Shown here: positions 9,566-20,805 of the stretch, in pieces
Layout: each line of letters starts with the position of its first letter
Position numbering within the stretch: the stretch's first letter is position 1
Assembly (NCBI GenBank): GCA_035193785.1
Contig: CP136572.1
Location: 160,001-224,000 of the forward strand
Direction: 5' to 3'
Origin: Planktothrix sp. GU0601_MAG3
GTDB taxonomy: Bacteria > Cyanobacteriota > Cyanobacteriia > Cyanobacteriales > Microcoleaceae
Length of the DNA: 64,000 nt
Notes under the pieces: generated by a model
The model's database searches: none
What the model saw: only the letters and a program-made list of their open reading frames with translations
What the model was told of the DNA's origin: nothing
Position numbers and translations under genes: made by a program

Positions 9566-12500
9566 CGATGGACTTCCCTTCTCCTCTGATGGAATATAAA
9601 CATTTGGTTGATAATCTTGATTAGACGTAGAATCTTCCTTCTGATTGAAATCCGAAGAACTCTTTTGATCAACAAATCTATTATTTGACTGTTCTACTGA
9701 CGTTTCTGGGTTATTAGTATTCAAAGAAGAATCAAATCTTTCTCTAACATCTTCTATTGTTTCGCCGACCGTTTTAATCACTTTACCCATGAAAGAGGGT
9801 TCACCCGGATTTCTATTGCTAAAATTTGATGGAATATAAACATCTGGCTGTTGAGTCACCCGAACAATTTTAATCTCAGCTAAATCGCCAATATTCTCTG
9901 GGATAGCTTCAGCATAAATTTCATAACTTCCTTCAGCATCCTCTGATGGAACAAAATAACCATCCTGATTAATTGTTCCCCCTGTTGCATCCCATTCAAT
10001 ATAATTAGGTTTGATAAAATCTTCCTGTTGATCAAATCCAGTGACTTTAAATTGAAAATTTTGATCGGAATTAATTTTCACTTCTTCTGGACTAATTCTT
10101 AACCTTCTTAAAACAGGAACAACCTGGATATTAACAGAATCACTAATTTGAGCCAAATTAATACAAAAGTTCCCCACCCAGTCTAACAAACGAACGCCTA
10201 TTTTAATCGCCTGTTTGATCAACCATGCTTGAAAATCTAATTCAAAATTAGATATTTCTGAAGACGAATTCTGCTCAGAAGTGGGTGAGATATTATTAGT
10301 TGTTTCAGGTTGATCTGGAATCTCTGTTTCCGCAGAATTAGGCAATAATACACTCGAAATTTTCTCACTCAGAGAAAATAACCGTTCTGTCCGAGATATT
10401 AATTTTGCATAAATGCCAAAGGTTAATATTTTTGAGCGAATATCATAGGGAGATAATGGAGAAACTTTAGCCGTTACTTTATATGACCCTTTATCATTAT
10501 CCTTAGCGGTAAATTTCCCATTCCGATCAATTCTTCCCCCTTTTGCTTCCCAGACAATATTTCCTGTTTCAATTTCATTTCCATATTGATCAAACCCAAC
10601 GACATTAAAAGTTATACTTTCATTGGGTTCAAGAAAAATATTCCGATTAGGATTAATCTGAATCCGTCTTAAAACAGGTAATATATTAACAGTTGCACTA
10701 ACTTGAAGTAACCCAACTTTGGCGGTTACAGTAACTTGTTCTTGTTCATAACCTCCTTTGAAAACTCCCTCTCGGTTAATTCGACCTCCGGCGGTACATT
10801 TCCATTCAATATTATTCACCCAAATCCAATTTCCAATCTGATCTAAACCCATGACTTGAAACGTTATCGGTTCATTAGGTTCGGCAAAAATAGTCTGAGG
10901 TGAAATAATCAGATCAGTTAAAATAGAAGGAACAATAATTTTAGCCGTTGCGCTAATTGTTTTACCAGGTATTGAAGCGGTGACGGTGAATTGTCCTTTA
11001 CTATTATTCCCAACAATATAATTTCCATTGTTGTTAATTTTGCCCCCGGTTGCAGTCCAATTAACATTTTTAATTGCAATAGAATTTCCTCTTTGATCTA
11101 AACCCTCAACTGTAAATTGATAGATTTGACCAGGACACATTTCTATCAATGATGGAGAAATGATCAAAGAGGTTAATCTTGGACGTTCAATAACTTCAAC
11201 TTGGACAGATTGACTAATTGTTTCAACTTTTGCGGTAATAGTAACCGTTTTTTCAAAGCGACCCGCAACAAATATTCCATTATTAGGAAGTTGTATATTG
11301 TCAGCCGTCCAAGTGACTTGTCCGATGGAAATAGGTTGATTATATTGATCAAAACCTTCAGCACTAAATTGTTGAGAGTCACCACAATATAAAGTTTGTC
11401 CTGAAGGATTAATTTTTAACGATGTTAGTTTGGGGTTTTCAGGAATTGTAATTCTAATTTGACAATTAACAGAGTTAACTTGTGCTTCTATTTTAAAGTT
11501 AGAAACCTGATATATTTCCGGCTGTAAATAGTCCGTTTTTAATCGTTCCCCCTGTAGCAGTCCAACGAACTTGTCCGAGGGAAAAAGGTTGATTATATTG
11601 ATCAAAACCTTTAGCACTAAATTGTTGAGAGTCACCACAATATAAAGTTTGTCCTGAAGGATTAATTTTTAACGATGTTAGTTTAGGTTTTTCAAGAATT
11701 GTTATTAAAACTTGACAACTAACTGAGTTAACTTGTGCTTGAATTTTAAAGTTAGAACCTGATATATTTCCGGCGGTAAATAGTCCATTTTTAATCATTC
11801 CTCCTCTAGCCGTCCAAGTTATGTTTTCAATTTTAATCGGTTGATTATATTGATCGAAACCTTGAACATTAAATTGTTGAGAGTCACCACAATATAGACT
11901 TATTTCTGAAGGATTAATTTTTAACGATGTTAGTTTAGGTTTTTCAAGAATTGTTATTAAAACTTGACAACTAACTGAGTTAACTTGTGCTTGAATTTTA
12001 AAGTTAGAACCTGATATATTTCCGGCTGTAAATAGTCCGTCTTCGACCTCTCCTCCTGTAGCAGTCCAAGTTATATTTTCAATTTTAATCGGTTTATTAT
12101 ATTGATCAAAACCTTGAATAGTAAACTCTTGATAGTCACCACAATATAAAGTTTTTCCTGGGGAATTAATTTTTAACGATGTTAGTTTAGGAGACTCACC
12201 TTCTAAAACATTTAAAATTTCTCCTGTTTGCAAATCCCAAAGTTTGATCCAATTCCGACTCCCACTAACAAATAATTTGCCATTAGCACTAACAGCAATA
12301 GAACCAATAAATCCAGCATGACCTGTAATTTTACGAGATGGATTAGGGTATTGATTAAGGTTTTGAATATAAATACTGCCATTATTGGTTCCTATGACTT
12401 GAATATTACCATTAGAAGTAATATCAAAATCACTCATTGTTTGAAATTTTCCTGCAATAGTCTTAACACATTTTAAAGTATTGATAAGTAATTGAAATGG

Positions 12501-13431
12501 GGGTTCATTATTACTCTTTCCAAAAAAGAAACTCAAAACATCAGTTACAAAAGGAATATTAAAATTTTCATTTTTACCTTGAGTATTGGGATCTTTTTGC
12601 CAAATTTTAATAGTTCCATCTCGACTACCTGTAACTAAAGATTGATTATCAGAACTAATGGCGACATTTTGAATCCAATCTGAATGTTCTTCAAGAGTTC
12701 TTAATAATTGTTTTTGGTTTAAATCCCAGACTTTTATGGTTTTATCCGTACTTCCACTCACTAAAAATTTACTATCTGAAACTGATTGCCAAACAAGAAA
12801 TCCATCCGGTATGACCGTTAAAAGTATGGACAAGTTGTTTCTTTTCTAAATTCCAGACTTTAATGGTTTTATCTGCACTTCCACTAATTAAGGTTTGATT
12901 ATCTGGGGTGATTTTAACCACATTAACCCAACTTGTATGACCTGTAAAAGTATGCAAAAGAGTTTTAGTTTTTAAGTTCCATAACTTAACAGTTTTGTCA
13001 ATACTGCTACTAACTAAATATTGACCATTGGAACTAATCGCAACGGATAAAACCCAATGGGAATGAGCATCAAGGGTATTAATTAATTTTCCTGTTTCTA
13101 AATTCCAAATTCTGATGGTTTTCCAACCACCACCGACGATAATTTTATGTTCTGAACTAATTGCTACAGAGGAAATTGTATCTTGAGGTACAATATTAGG
13201 CGATCGCAAATTAACATTTTCAGTTAAATAAGGATTATCACCATACAGCACCCAATACGCAGATTGTTTAACCTGTTCTGAAGGGTCGGTTAATGCCTGT
13301 TGCGCGAGTAAATCTAAACCTTGCTCAAATTTTAGACAGTCTGAAAGGGCTGCAAGTCGTTGTTGAAGGTCTGGACTGGTGAATTTACCCTGAAGATTCT
13401 GGATAGCTGGCCGTTCGGAGGGTTCGGTCAT
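8349..13431 (-). CDS. Giant fusion (~1692 aa after repair): HEAT-like N-terminus, WD40 repeats, ~8 Ig-like (Big_2-like) repeats, complete RNA polymerase alpha subunit and a second alpha-CTD
   Basis: Five ORF pieces join when single insertions at ~12779, ~11503, ~9414 and ~8529 are removed (5083-4 = 5079 nt = 1693 codons). The Ig-to-RpoA junction is in frame within ORF 9380-11638. Confidence 0.85.
11183..12191 (-). repeat. 252-bp intragenic tandem repeat x4 (84-aa Ig-like unit)
   Basis: The anchor TTTTAACGATGTTAG recurs at 12171, 11919, 11667 and 11414 (spacings 252, 252, 253). Confidence 0.93.
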
Positions 13432-13585
13432 GGTCTTAACTGTTACAGGTTATCTATCCATTTTAAACTCATAACTACATTAAATAAAAAAGGTTTCATC
13501 AAGAAAAATAATCACACTTTATAAAAGGCTTTGCTTCTGCTATAGTGAGAATAATTAAATAATTAACGAAGCAAACCAGATTTAT

Positions 13586-14494
13586 ATGAAAATTAATCCT
13601 AAGCCCCTCAAATTTATCACAGCCAAAGCCAAGAAAACCGTTACCAAGACCCAAAACTTAGCTAATGAAATGACTGCTAAAGTTCAGGAACGTGCAAACC
13701 GGGTAACGACATGGGTAGAATCAAGACCAAGTTCAATGGTTGGTGCTGGGGTCGTTGTGACTCAAGAAGCCTTTAAAGTCGCCCATAATATCCGGTTTGA
13801 AAACCTACCAAAAGGGTTACGATTCAAATTTTCTCGGGCGGGTGTGCGTGCGGAGGTGCGAAATCTTCAACAAGCAGCACAAGTATTTGAATCCATACCC
13901 GCCCAAATTCGCGCCCAGGGGCCGGAAGCCATTTGTAACTTCTTGCAAGATAAAGATTGGAGTCACATCAAAGCCCACATCAATGGAGGGGGAAGCCAAG
14001 CAAATAATGGGATTTTTGAAAATTTCAGGGTAAATCGTAGTCGCGGTGGGGCGGACATGACCCGCAAGGAATTAGCCACAGCGAAGAAGGTTTTAGCAGA
14101 TGCTGCCTTTAAAACAGCCGTTGCTGAAATTGTTGGGGCAACTCTTAAAGGAGCAATGGTTGCAGGAGTAATTGAGTTAGTATTTTCTATTTTAGAGAAC
14201 TCTTTATTGTACGTTGAAGGCAAAATTACCAAGTCGGAGTTAGTTAAAAAAGTCGCCACCGCCACGGCAAAAGCGGCTATTGCGGGGGGTGTAATTACCG
14301 CCATTCTGTTAACAGTTTGTATGATATTTCCCCCCATTGCCACGCTTTTAGGTGCTGCTGCCATACCCTTGGCACTTATCGGGATTGGTTTTATGGGAAT
14401 TCGCGCCTGGGAAATCTTTTGTCATGCCGATCGCTTATTTGGTATCACTGAACAAACACAACAATTTATGGGACTCACAGAAGGGACAATTTAA
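13586..14494 (+). CDS. Hypothetical protein with an HNH-like motif and a C-terminal hydrophobic (TM) region
   Basis: DWSHIKAHINGGGSQANNGIFENFRVNRSRG resembles the HNH consensus H..GG...N.......N. The C-terminus has Ala/Gly-rich hydrophobic helices. Confidence 0.65.
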   Translation: MKINPKPLKFITAKAKKTVTKTQNLANEMTAKVQERANRVTTWVESRPSSMVGAGVVVTQEAFKVAHNIRFENLPKGLRFKFSRAGVRAEVRNLQQAAQVFESIPAQIRAQGPEAICNFLQDKDWSHIKAHINGGGSQANNGIFENFRVNRSRGGADMTRKELATAKKVLADAAFKTAVAEIVGATLKGAMVAGVIELVFSILENSLLYVEGKITKSELVKKVATATAKAAIAGGVITAILLTVCMIFPPIATLLGAAAIPLALIGIGFMGIRAWEIFCHADRLFGITEQTQQFMGLTEGTI

Positions 14495-15706
14495 TTGAAG
14501 TTAAACCCTTTTTGAACAGCATAAGCCGGGGCTTCTATAATCATAATTTGATCGGGAATATCTATCATTTCAAGCTCAAAAATATCATCTGATGTTTTGA
14601 CTAGGATGGATTTTAAAGCCCCCTTAAGTTGAGATGCTTTATGTAATAAAGCTAGTGCTTTATGTAAACTTTCTCCCTGACGCTGTACCCGAATAGGAAC
14701 GGGCTTTCCTTGATAATTCTGTTTTAAAATGGCATCAATTCCTTGATTCCTTTGAACCGGAATAATATCTAAACTAGCAATAATATTGAGTGCATCTTCA
14801 TTGGCATTAAGATAGGCTTTGCGACCTTTCTGAAGGAGCAAAGATTCGGATTTAATTGGGGTTTTTAATCTATCTTTAGCAATCTGAACAGCATCGGGGG
14901 AAATATCAATTCCCCAGGCTGAACGATTTAATAATTTAGCTGCAATAATTGTTGTACCACTTCCACAAAAAGGGTCTAATATAATATCCCCCGGATTAGA
15001 TGCTAATTCAATAATTTGTTCTAGGAGTAAAATCGGTTTTTGACTGGGATAACCCACACGCTCTTTAGCTTTAGGGTTTAAATAGGGAATCTCCCAAACA
15101 TCACTTAATGGCACTCCTTTTTTGGGGTCAGCAGGAATTATTTCCCCATGATTATCCCTAGCATAAACAGCTTTACCATGCTTATCTCTGGTACGTTTTT
15201 GTAAGATTTGATCAATATTCGTAGACTCTGAATAATCACAATAAATGGGATTAAAAATAAATTGATTTGTCTTAGAATAAAAGAATATAGTTTGATGGGC
15301 GGGTAATAATCCTTTTCTGGAATTTGACCATCGTTTGTAACTCCAAATAATTTCCGATCTAAAATTTGCCTGACCAAAAATATGGTCTAAAATCCCTCTA
15401 ATGATATAATTAGCATGGGTATCACAATGTACAAAAATTGACCCATCTTCCCTTAAAACCGGATGTAGAAACAGCTAACCTATCATAAATAAATTTTGCA
15501 TAGTCTTGATGACTTTCCCATAAATCATCATAGCTAAATTCAGATTGTCTATCTCTTGTTTTCAAGGAATGCTGTTTTTGAGTGAAAAAAGGCGGATCTA
15601 AATAAATCAGATTAACGGAATTTTGCTGCATTCCTGGGACGATATCAAGACAGTCTCCTTGAATAATATTATAAGTATTGTTCATAATTTTTAATGGGTT
15701 AATCAA
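14491..15706 (-). CDS. N6/N4 DNA methyltransferase (beta class); one apparent frameshift at ~15469
   Basis: LIYLDPPFF (motif IV) precedes YPSQKP and LDPFCGSGTT (motif I). After repair the frame is open from ~15468 to 14491. Confidence 0.9.
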
Positions 15707-15709
15707 TTA

Positions 15710-16393
15710 TTATTCATCAGAAGCCGTATTTTGATCTGCAATTCTTTGTAAGATTGCTTTTAAATCTATGCCTGTTCTTTCAGTTACATAGTTCCAGGCA
15801 CTCTCTCCATAGTAATATTCACCGCCAATGCCCTTATAAAGTGTCTCTAAAGTTTGTTGAATTCTGATGGCTTGTTGCCTATTGGGGTAATAAAACATAA
15901 TACGAATGGGTTTATAACCTGCGGTTGATATAGCTTTGATTCTAGTATGTTCTTTTGTGATGTGATCTCCATCTGTTGTGGCATCTCTCCACTTAATTTC
16001 AATAGCATTATTTCCTTCTAAACAATCAATTTCAAATGTTTTCGGTCTTGAACCCAGAGTATTAGTAATTTTGACTGATTTTGAATCAGGGTATTTTTCT
16101 AGGAAAGATAATTGAGTAGCTTTTTCTAAAAATGAACCTGCATATTTATATAAAAAACGACCTTTATTTTGATAAATATCTATTAATCTTCCTTCTTTCT
16201 CAGTAATACCCAAAACTCTATAGATTAGAAAATGAGAGGTGTCATCAACTTTCATTTCTTCTAAACGAAAGTTGATTTGTTTTAGTAGAGCTTCGGAAGA
16301 TTTTCGTGCTAAATTATGGATTTTTTCTTCCAAACTTAAACTTGAATTTGTGAGAGATGCCATACATAAATTAAATAATATTTTTGTAGACAA
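15710..16393 (-). CDS. Type II restriction endonuclease, ApaLI-like family
   Basis: GRFLYKYAGSFLE, FEIDCL and EIKWRDATTDGDH motifs recalled as RE_ApaLI family. It lies directly upstream of the MTase. Confidence 0.8.
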   Translation of the reverse strand: MSTKILFNLCMASLTNSSLSLEEKIHNLARKSSEALLKQINFRLEEMKVDDTSHFLIYRVLGITEKEGRLIDIYQNKGRFLYKYAGSFLEKATQLSFLEKYPDSKSVKITNTLGSRPKTFEIDCLEGNNAIEIKWRDATTDGDHITKEHTRIKAISTAGYKPIRIMFYYPNRQQAIRIQQTLETLYKGIGGEYYYGESAWNYVTERTGIDLKAILQRIADQNTASDE

Positions 16394-16494
16394 GTATAAG
16401 TTGTAATTAACATTATAATTAGACAGTTTAATTATAGCTTTAAGTTGTCAATAATGTCAATATATTTAATACTAGATTCTCGATTCATTATCGC

Positions 16495-19360
16495 CTATTC
16501 CCCACTCTCCAAAATCTCAACAGTCCCTTGATAACCATCAACCCGCACCCGTTGACCATCTTTTAAATAAGTAGTCGCTCCTTGAATATTCATCACCGCC
16601 GGAATGCCATATTCCCGGGCGATAATTGCACCGTGGGAAAGTTGTCCGCCAACTTCAGAAATAATCGCTTTTGCGGTTAAGAGAATCGGCGACCATCCGG
16701 CATCGGTGTAGGGAACTACGAGAATTATATCCTCAGTTTGATCTATGATATTGGTTAAACTGCGGCAGATTTTAACGGTTCCTTCCACACAGCCAATACT
16801 AGCAGGAATCCCTTGTAAAATAGCTGAATTTTGTATAGTTTTTAATCGTGGTTTGGGTAATAAGTTACCATAGACCACCGGGGGAACATTGCGATCGCTA
16901 TCTTCTTGAAAAACCTGCCGCCGTTGACTAACTTTAGAGATGAAATCCGGGGCAATATCCGATTGTATCCAATCTTTAATTTCATCCCATTCTAAATAGA
17001 AAATATCCCCCGAAGTTTCTAAGATTCCTTGATGAATAGCTTGGGATTCTATCGCCAATATTGTCCATCGTAAATGAGCTAAAAGTTTACCGTAGATTTC
17101 AGCAATTTGGCTTTTTGTTAAAGTGCGTTGATAACATTGAGCTTGTCGCCATCTTTCCCATCGGGTTAAGGTAGAAACCGTTGAATTTTCTATCCGGTGG
17201 TTTGTATTTTTAACAATTTTAAAGAGCATTTCTTTTAATATCTCCGGTTGTTCTAACCAATTCGGCACGGAAATATCCGTTCCAACTTCACTTAAATAAC
17301 CATAGGTTTGTAACCAATCTTCAAATTGTTGATTAAATTGGGGATTTTCTGTTAGAATTTGATCAAAGTATTGGTGGCTTATTTGTTCGGGTTCTTCCGA
17401 GGTTTCTCTGATGCGCTCGGCAAGGGTTTGTAAGGTTTCCATTGATGCAATTTCTGGGGCTGTATAGGTAGGTATCCAACTATCAGAGACTTTAAATAAG
17501 GTTCGTCTAATTGCTAACCCAATGGGGGCTAAAATATTATAGTAAGTCGCTGATTTTAATAGATTTTGAATGGTTTCAGATCGTTCTAAAAGCTGGGTTA
17601 AACTTAGGGATTCCAGGGATAATTCTGCTTCTAATCCTTGTAATATGGGTAAAAATAGCTGTTCTAATTCCCGTTCAAAATCTTTATCTAAATGTCGTTC
17701 TCGTTGAATTAATCGCCATAAACCGGGTAAGGATGGTAAGAGTTTTTGAATCGGGGGTTTTCCCATTTTTTGTCCTCGAACTAAAAACTCTAACCCCTGT
17801 TCGGGTAATCCCATCATTGAAAAAATTTCCCCTAATAAGCTGGCATTAAAATAGGCATGGGAACCGAATAATGTAGCGGTTTGATTAAAGTCTAATTGTC
17901 TGGCTTTTTCCCCTAAAACTAAAGTAAAGATTTCTCCCCAAACCCCACAGGTTAAGGGGCGATTAATTGACCAAGTTAAAGGAGGAATTACCCCGGGAAT
18001 TACTTCTGCGGCAATGGTTCGCGTCCAAATGGGATGTAAATTAGTAATGGGGCGACTTTGCAAAATCCAGACTTTTGCCCCATCCCAACACCACTCAATA
18101 TCCTGGGGTAAACCATGATAAAAATTTTCTATTTCTTGGGCGAGTTTAACTAACTCTAAAATAACGGTTTTAGGCAAAATAGAAGGGGGTTTCTAAATCC
18201 TCAAGGGAGGTATTAATTTCTATTTCTAAATTCACCGGAGTAACTTGACCTCCGACAACGGATTCTGCCCCCCCGGGTAAGGCTTCAATAATAATTTGTG
18301 AACCGCCATCTAGGGGGTTACGGGTAAACATGACCCCGGCGACTTCACTGGCTAAATAGGGTTGAATTAATACGGCAATTCCCCTATCGGGAAGTTGTTG
18401 ATTTTGACGATAGGAAATGGCTTCAGGAGTCCAATAGGATTGACGACATTGAATAATTGCCTCTTGTAATTCTGAGGCCGAATAAACGGGGCCGATGGTT
18501 TGATATTGTCCTGCGGCTGAAGCATATTTACTATCTTCTCCCACCGCAGACGAACGGACAATTAAGGGAAAATTAATCGGGTCAATTTCTTTTTTAACAG
18601 GAATATTTACGTCTTCTAAACGGTTAATTACTGGTAAAATCCATCCTAAAGTAACTTTAAATCCTGCCCGTTTTAATTCACTTAATCGGGTGGCTTTTTC
18701 CCCACATCGTTGAATATTTAGTTGATCTTCCAGATTCAAAAATTGTTGTTTCATATAATATTCAATATCATCTTTTTGAGATAAGTTAATCAGAACTAAT
18801 TGTAGGGCTATTCCTAGGGCTGCGACGAATTCCCCAGGGGATAGGGGGGAAGATTCCGGGGTTTGATGCCAAAACCAGACCCAAAACGGCCCACTTAAAC
18901 ACCCCAAACGGGAGGCCCACAGCCGGGATGAATATTTGGACAGGGGTAATAATAAATAACTGAATCGCCAGATGAATAATCCGGTGATTCCGCTACTCAT
19001 CGCAATAATAGGAGAATAGACTAATATTCCCCAAGTGGCATTTGTAACTCCCCCACCTTTAGCAACAAAATATCGTCCCGTAACCAATAAAATTAAACTC
19101 ACTAATTGCCAAGCTGGAGCATTTGGGAATAGGATTTTAGCGGCAATTACTGGAATTATCCCCCGGGCTATTTCTAGGATAACGGCAACAATTCCTGCTG
19201 GTTTTCCTCCTTGATAAAAGGCGGCGGAAACACTAATATTACCCGTTCCTAATATTGATAACTTTTTGCCCGCAAACAGTTGAACAACCCAATCGGTTAG
19301 GGGTAATGTTCCTAAGATAAAGCTGCCCACTAATAGTAATCCGAGCATCCAAAAAGACAT
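16495..19360 (-). CDS. PlsY-like acyltransferase membrane domain fused to PEP/pyruvate-binding (ATP-grasp) and PEP-utilising His-swivel domains; apparent frameshift at ~18190
   Basis: GTGNISVS and KGGGV (PlsY-like), VRSSAVGED, AGVMFTRNP, DIEW..LQSRPIT, and GGQLSHGAIIAREYGIPAV motifs. Confidence 0.85.
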
Positions 19361-19512
19361 GGAAAATATTCTCCGGTAATTAGCAAGATCTCAACCATCA
19401 GAAACCTAGGGTTAATTGGGGTGGAGGGTAATTGATAGAACCTTTAACGTTTAGTTAACCAAAAATGAGATAATAGTCAAGGTATCATTATAATTAAGGA
19501 AAAATCAACATT

Positions 19513-19686
19513 ATGGCAAGTAGTAATACTCTATGGATTCCAATTGCGGTGCTGATTGTCGGATTTGTGGCGGCGGTGGGTATTGGATCAATTGCTTGGT
19601 ATAATTCCAAACGTCCTCCGGGTTGGGAAGATAAAGACAGACCCGATTATGTTCCCAAAGTCACAGAAGAAGACGAGAATAAATAA
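19513..19686 (+). CDS. psb35: Small single-TM protein, photosystem II assembly factor Psb35-like (57 aa, not in the ORF track)
   Basis: Translates as MASSNTLWIPIAVLIVGFVAAVGIGSIAWYNSKRPPGWEDKDRPDYVPKV...; the GSIAWYNSKRP.GWE motif is recognised. Confidence 0.75.
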   Translation: MASSNTLWIPIAVLIVGFVAAVGIGSIAWYNSKRPPGWEDKDRPDYVPKVTEEDENK

Positions 19687-19772
19687 GGGTTAAGACGAAT
19701 TCAATCACAAAGATACAAAGATACTAAGAAGTTGTAAACACTCTCGGTGCTTATGGCTCTACTTTTAAGAGG

Positions 19773-19806
19773 AAAGTCGGGAATAATAGTTAGTTTTCCC
19801 GACTTT
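19773..19806. terminator. Hairpin between convergent genes
   Basis: AAAGTCGGGA ... TCCCGACTTT inverted repeat. Confidence 0.6.
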
Positions 19807-19874
19807 AAACTAAAAGTAATGGTCTTGAACAATTCTCCTCCAGCAATCAAATTTAAGGGCAAATCAACAACGGT

Positions 19875-20634
19875 TTAGTTTTTCTTGCCTTTGGGAAATT
19901 GGTTAATTTGGGCTGACCCATAAAAGATTAGGGAATTGTTTTGAATTCTCAGTCGATCTACTTTTAATTGGGTTCCATCCAAGGCAAATTTGTCAAGATC
20001 TAATAAGTCATTGACATGGTTGACTAGGGCTTGACTGAGGTCGATTTCCTCCTGGTTTCCACTATATTGAACGTCAATAAATTGAATTTTCCTACGGTCT
20101 TGCACCTCGACTTGGGTGGTGAAATCAACTTGGACGGGTTCCTCTGAATTGCCGAGTATAATTCCCGACTGAATTCTCAGGTTTTTCTCAGGAGTCACCG
20201 TCATCATGGTTTTAGTAAAAGTTATGGATTCTCCCAGATATTTCAGGCGTTGGAGTTTTTCCACCACAAAAGGCGTGTTAAAGGAGTCCGTTAAGTCTTC
20301 CTCCGTTAGCACTACTCGCAAATTTGCTTGAGTGGGTTGCCGTAACTTGACTTGGCCAGTGAAAATCGCGCTGAAATCAATGGACACCGCCTGTACATAG
20401 AGTTCCATGACGGCAATTCGGAGGCCATTGTACATCAACATCCCGTTGCCGATAAAATCGAAACCATCGACGCTTCCCTGCAAAAGCTTGGCTACAGGTT
20501 TCCGCCCGAACGTTGGCTTCAATTTTCTCAGAACGCTTGAACAAAGCTGCGATCGCAGCCCCAACCACCTTGCTGACGAGGCGATCGCCACTTTGATTCT
20601 GAAAAGAAGTGCTCCCAAACAAAGCCTGTACCAT
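19875..20634 (-). CDS. DUF2993 / LmeA-like phospholipid-binding protein; apparent frameshift at ~20499
   Basis: ANVRAEPVAKLLQGSVDGF and VVLTEEDLTDSFN patterns typical of cyanobacterial DUF2993. Confidence 0.75.
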
Positions 20635-20805
20635 TCCTATGCTCGTTAGCTTACTTTTCCATTATAACTTTTTATAAAGTTTTGTAACAATCAGTAATGC
20701 TTATAGCATAGATAAAGGCCGGATCGGAATTGCCTATGTAAGCGCGAATCAATAGCTGATATCCTGAAAAGCCTATTTTTTAATGTTTTAACTTTTATAT
20801 TCTGT

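Noticed and set aside
15138..15377. Separate small gene inside the R-M locus
   Set aside because: It is an alternate-frame shadow; the MTase frame is open across this interval.
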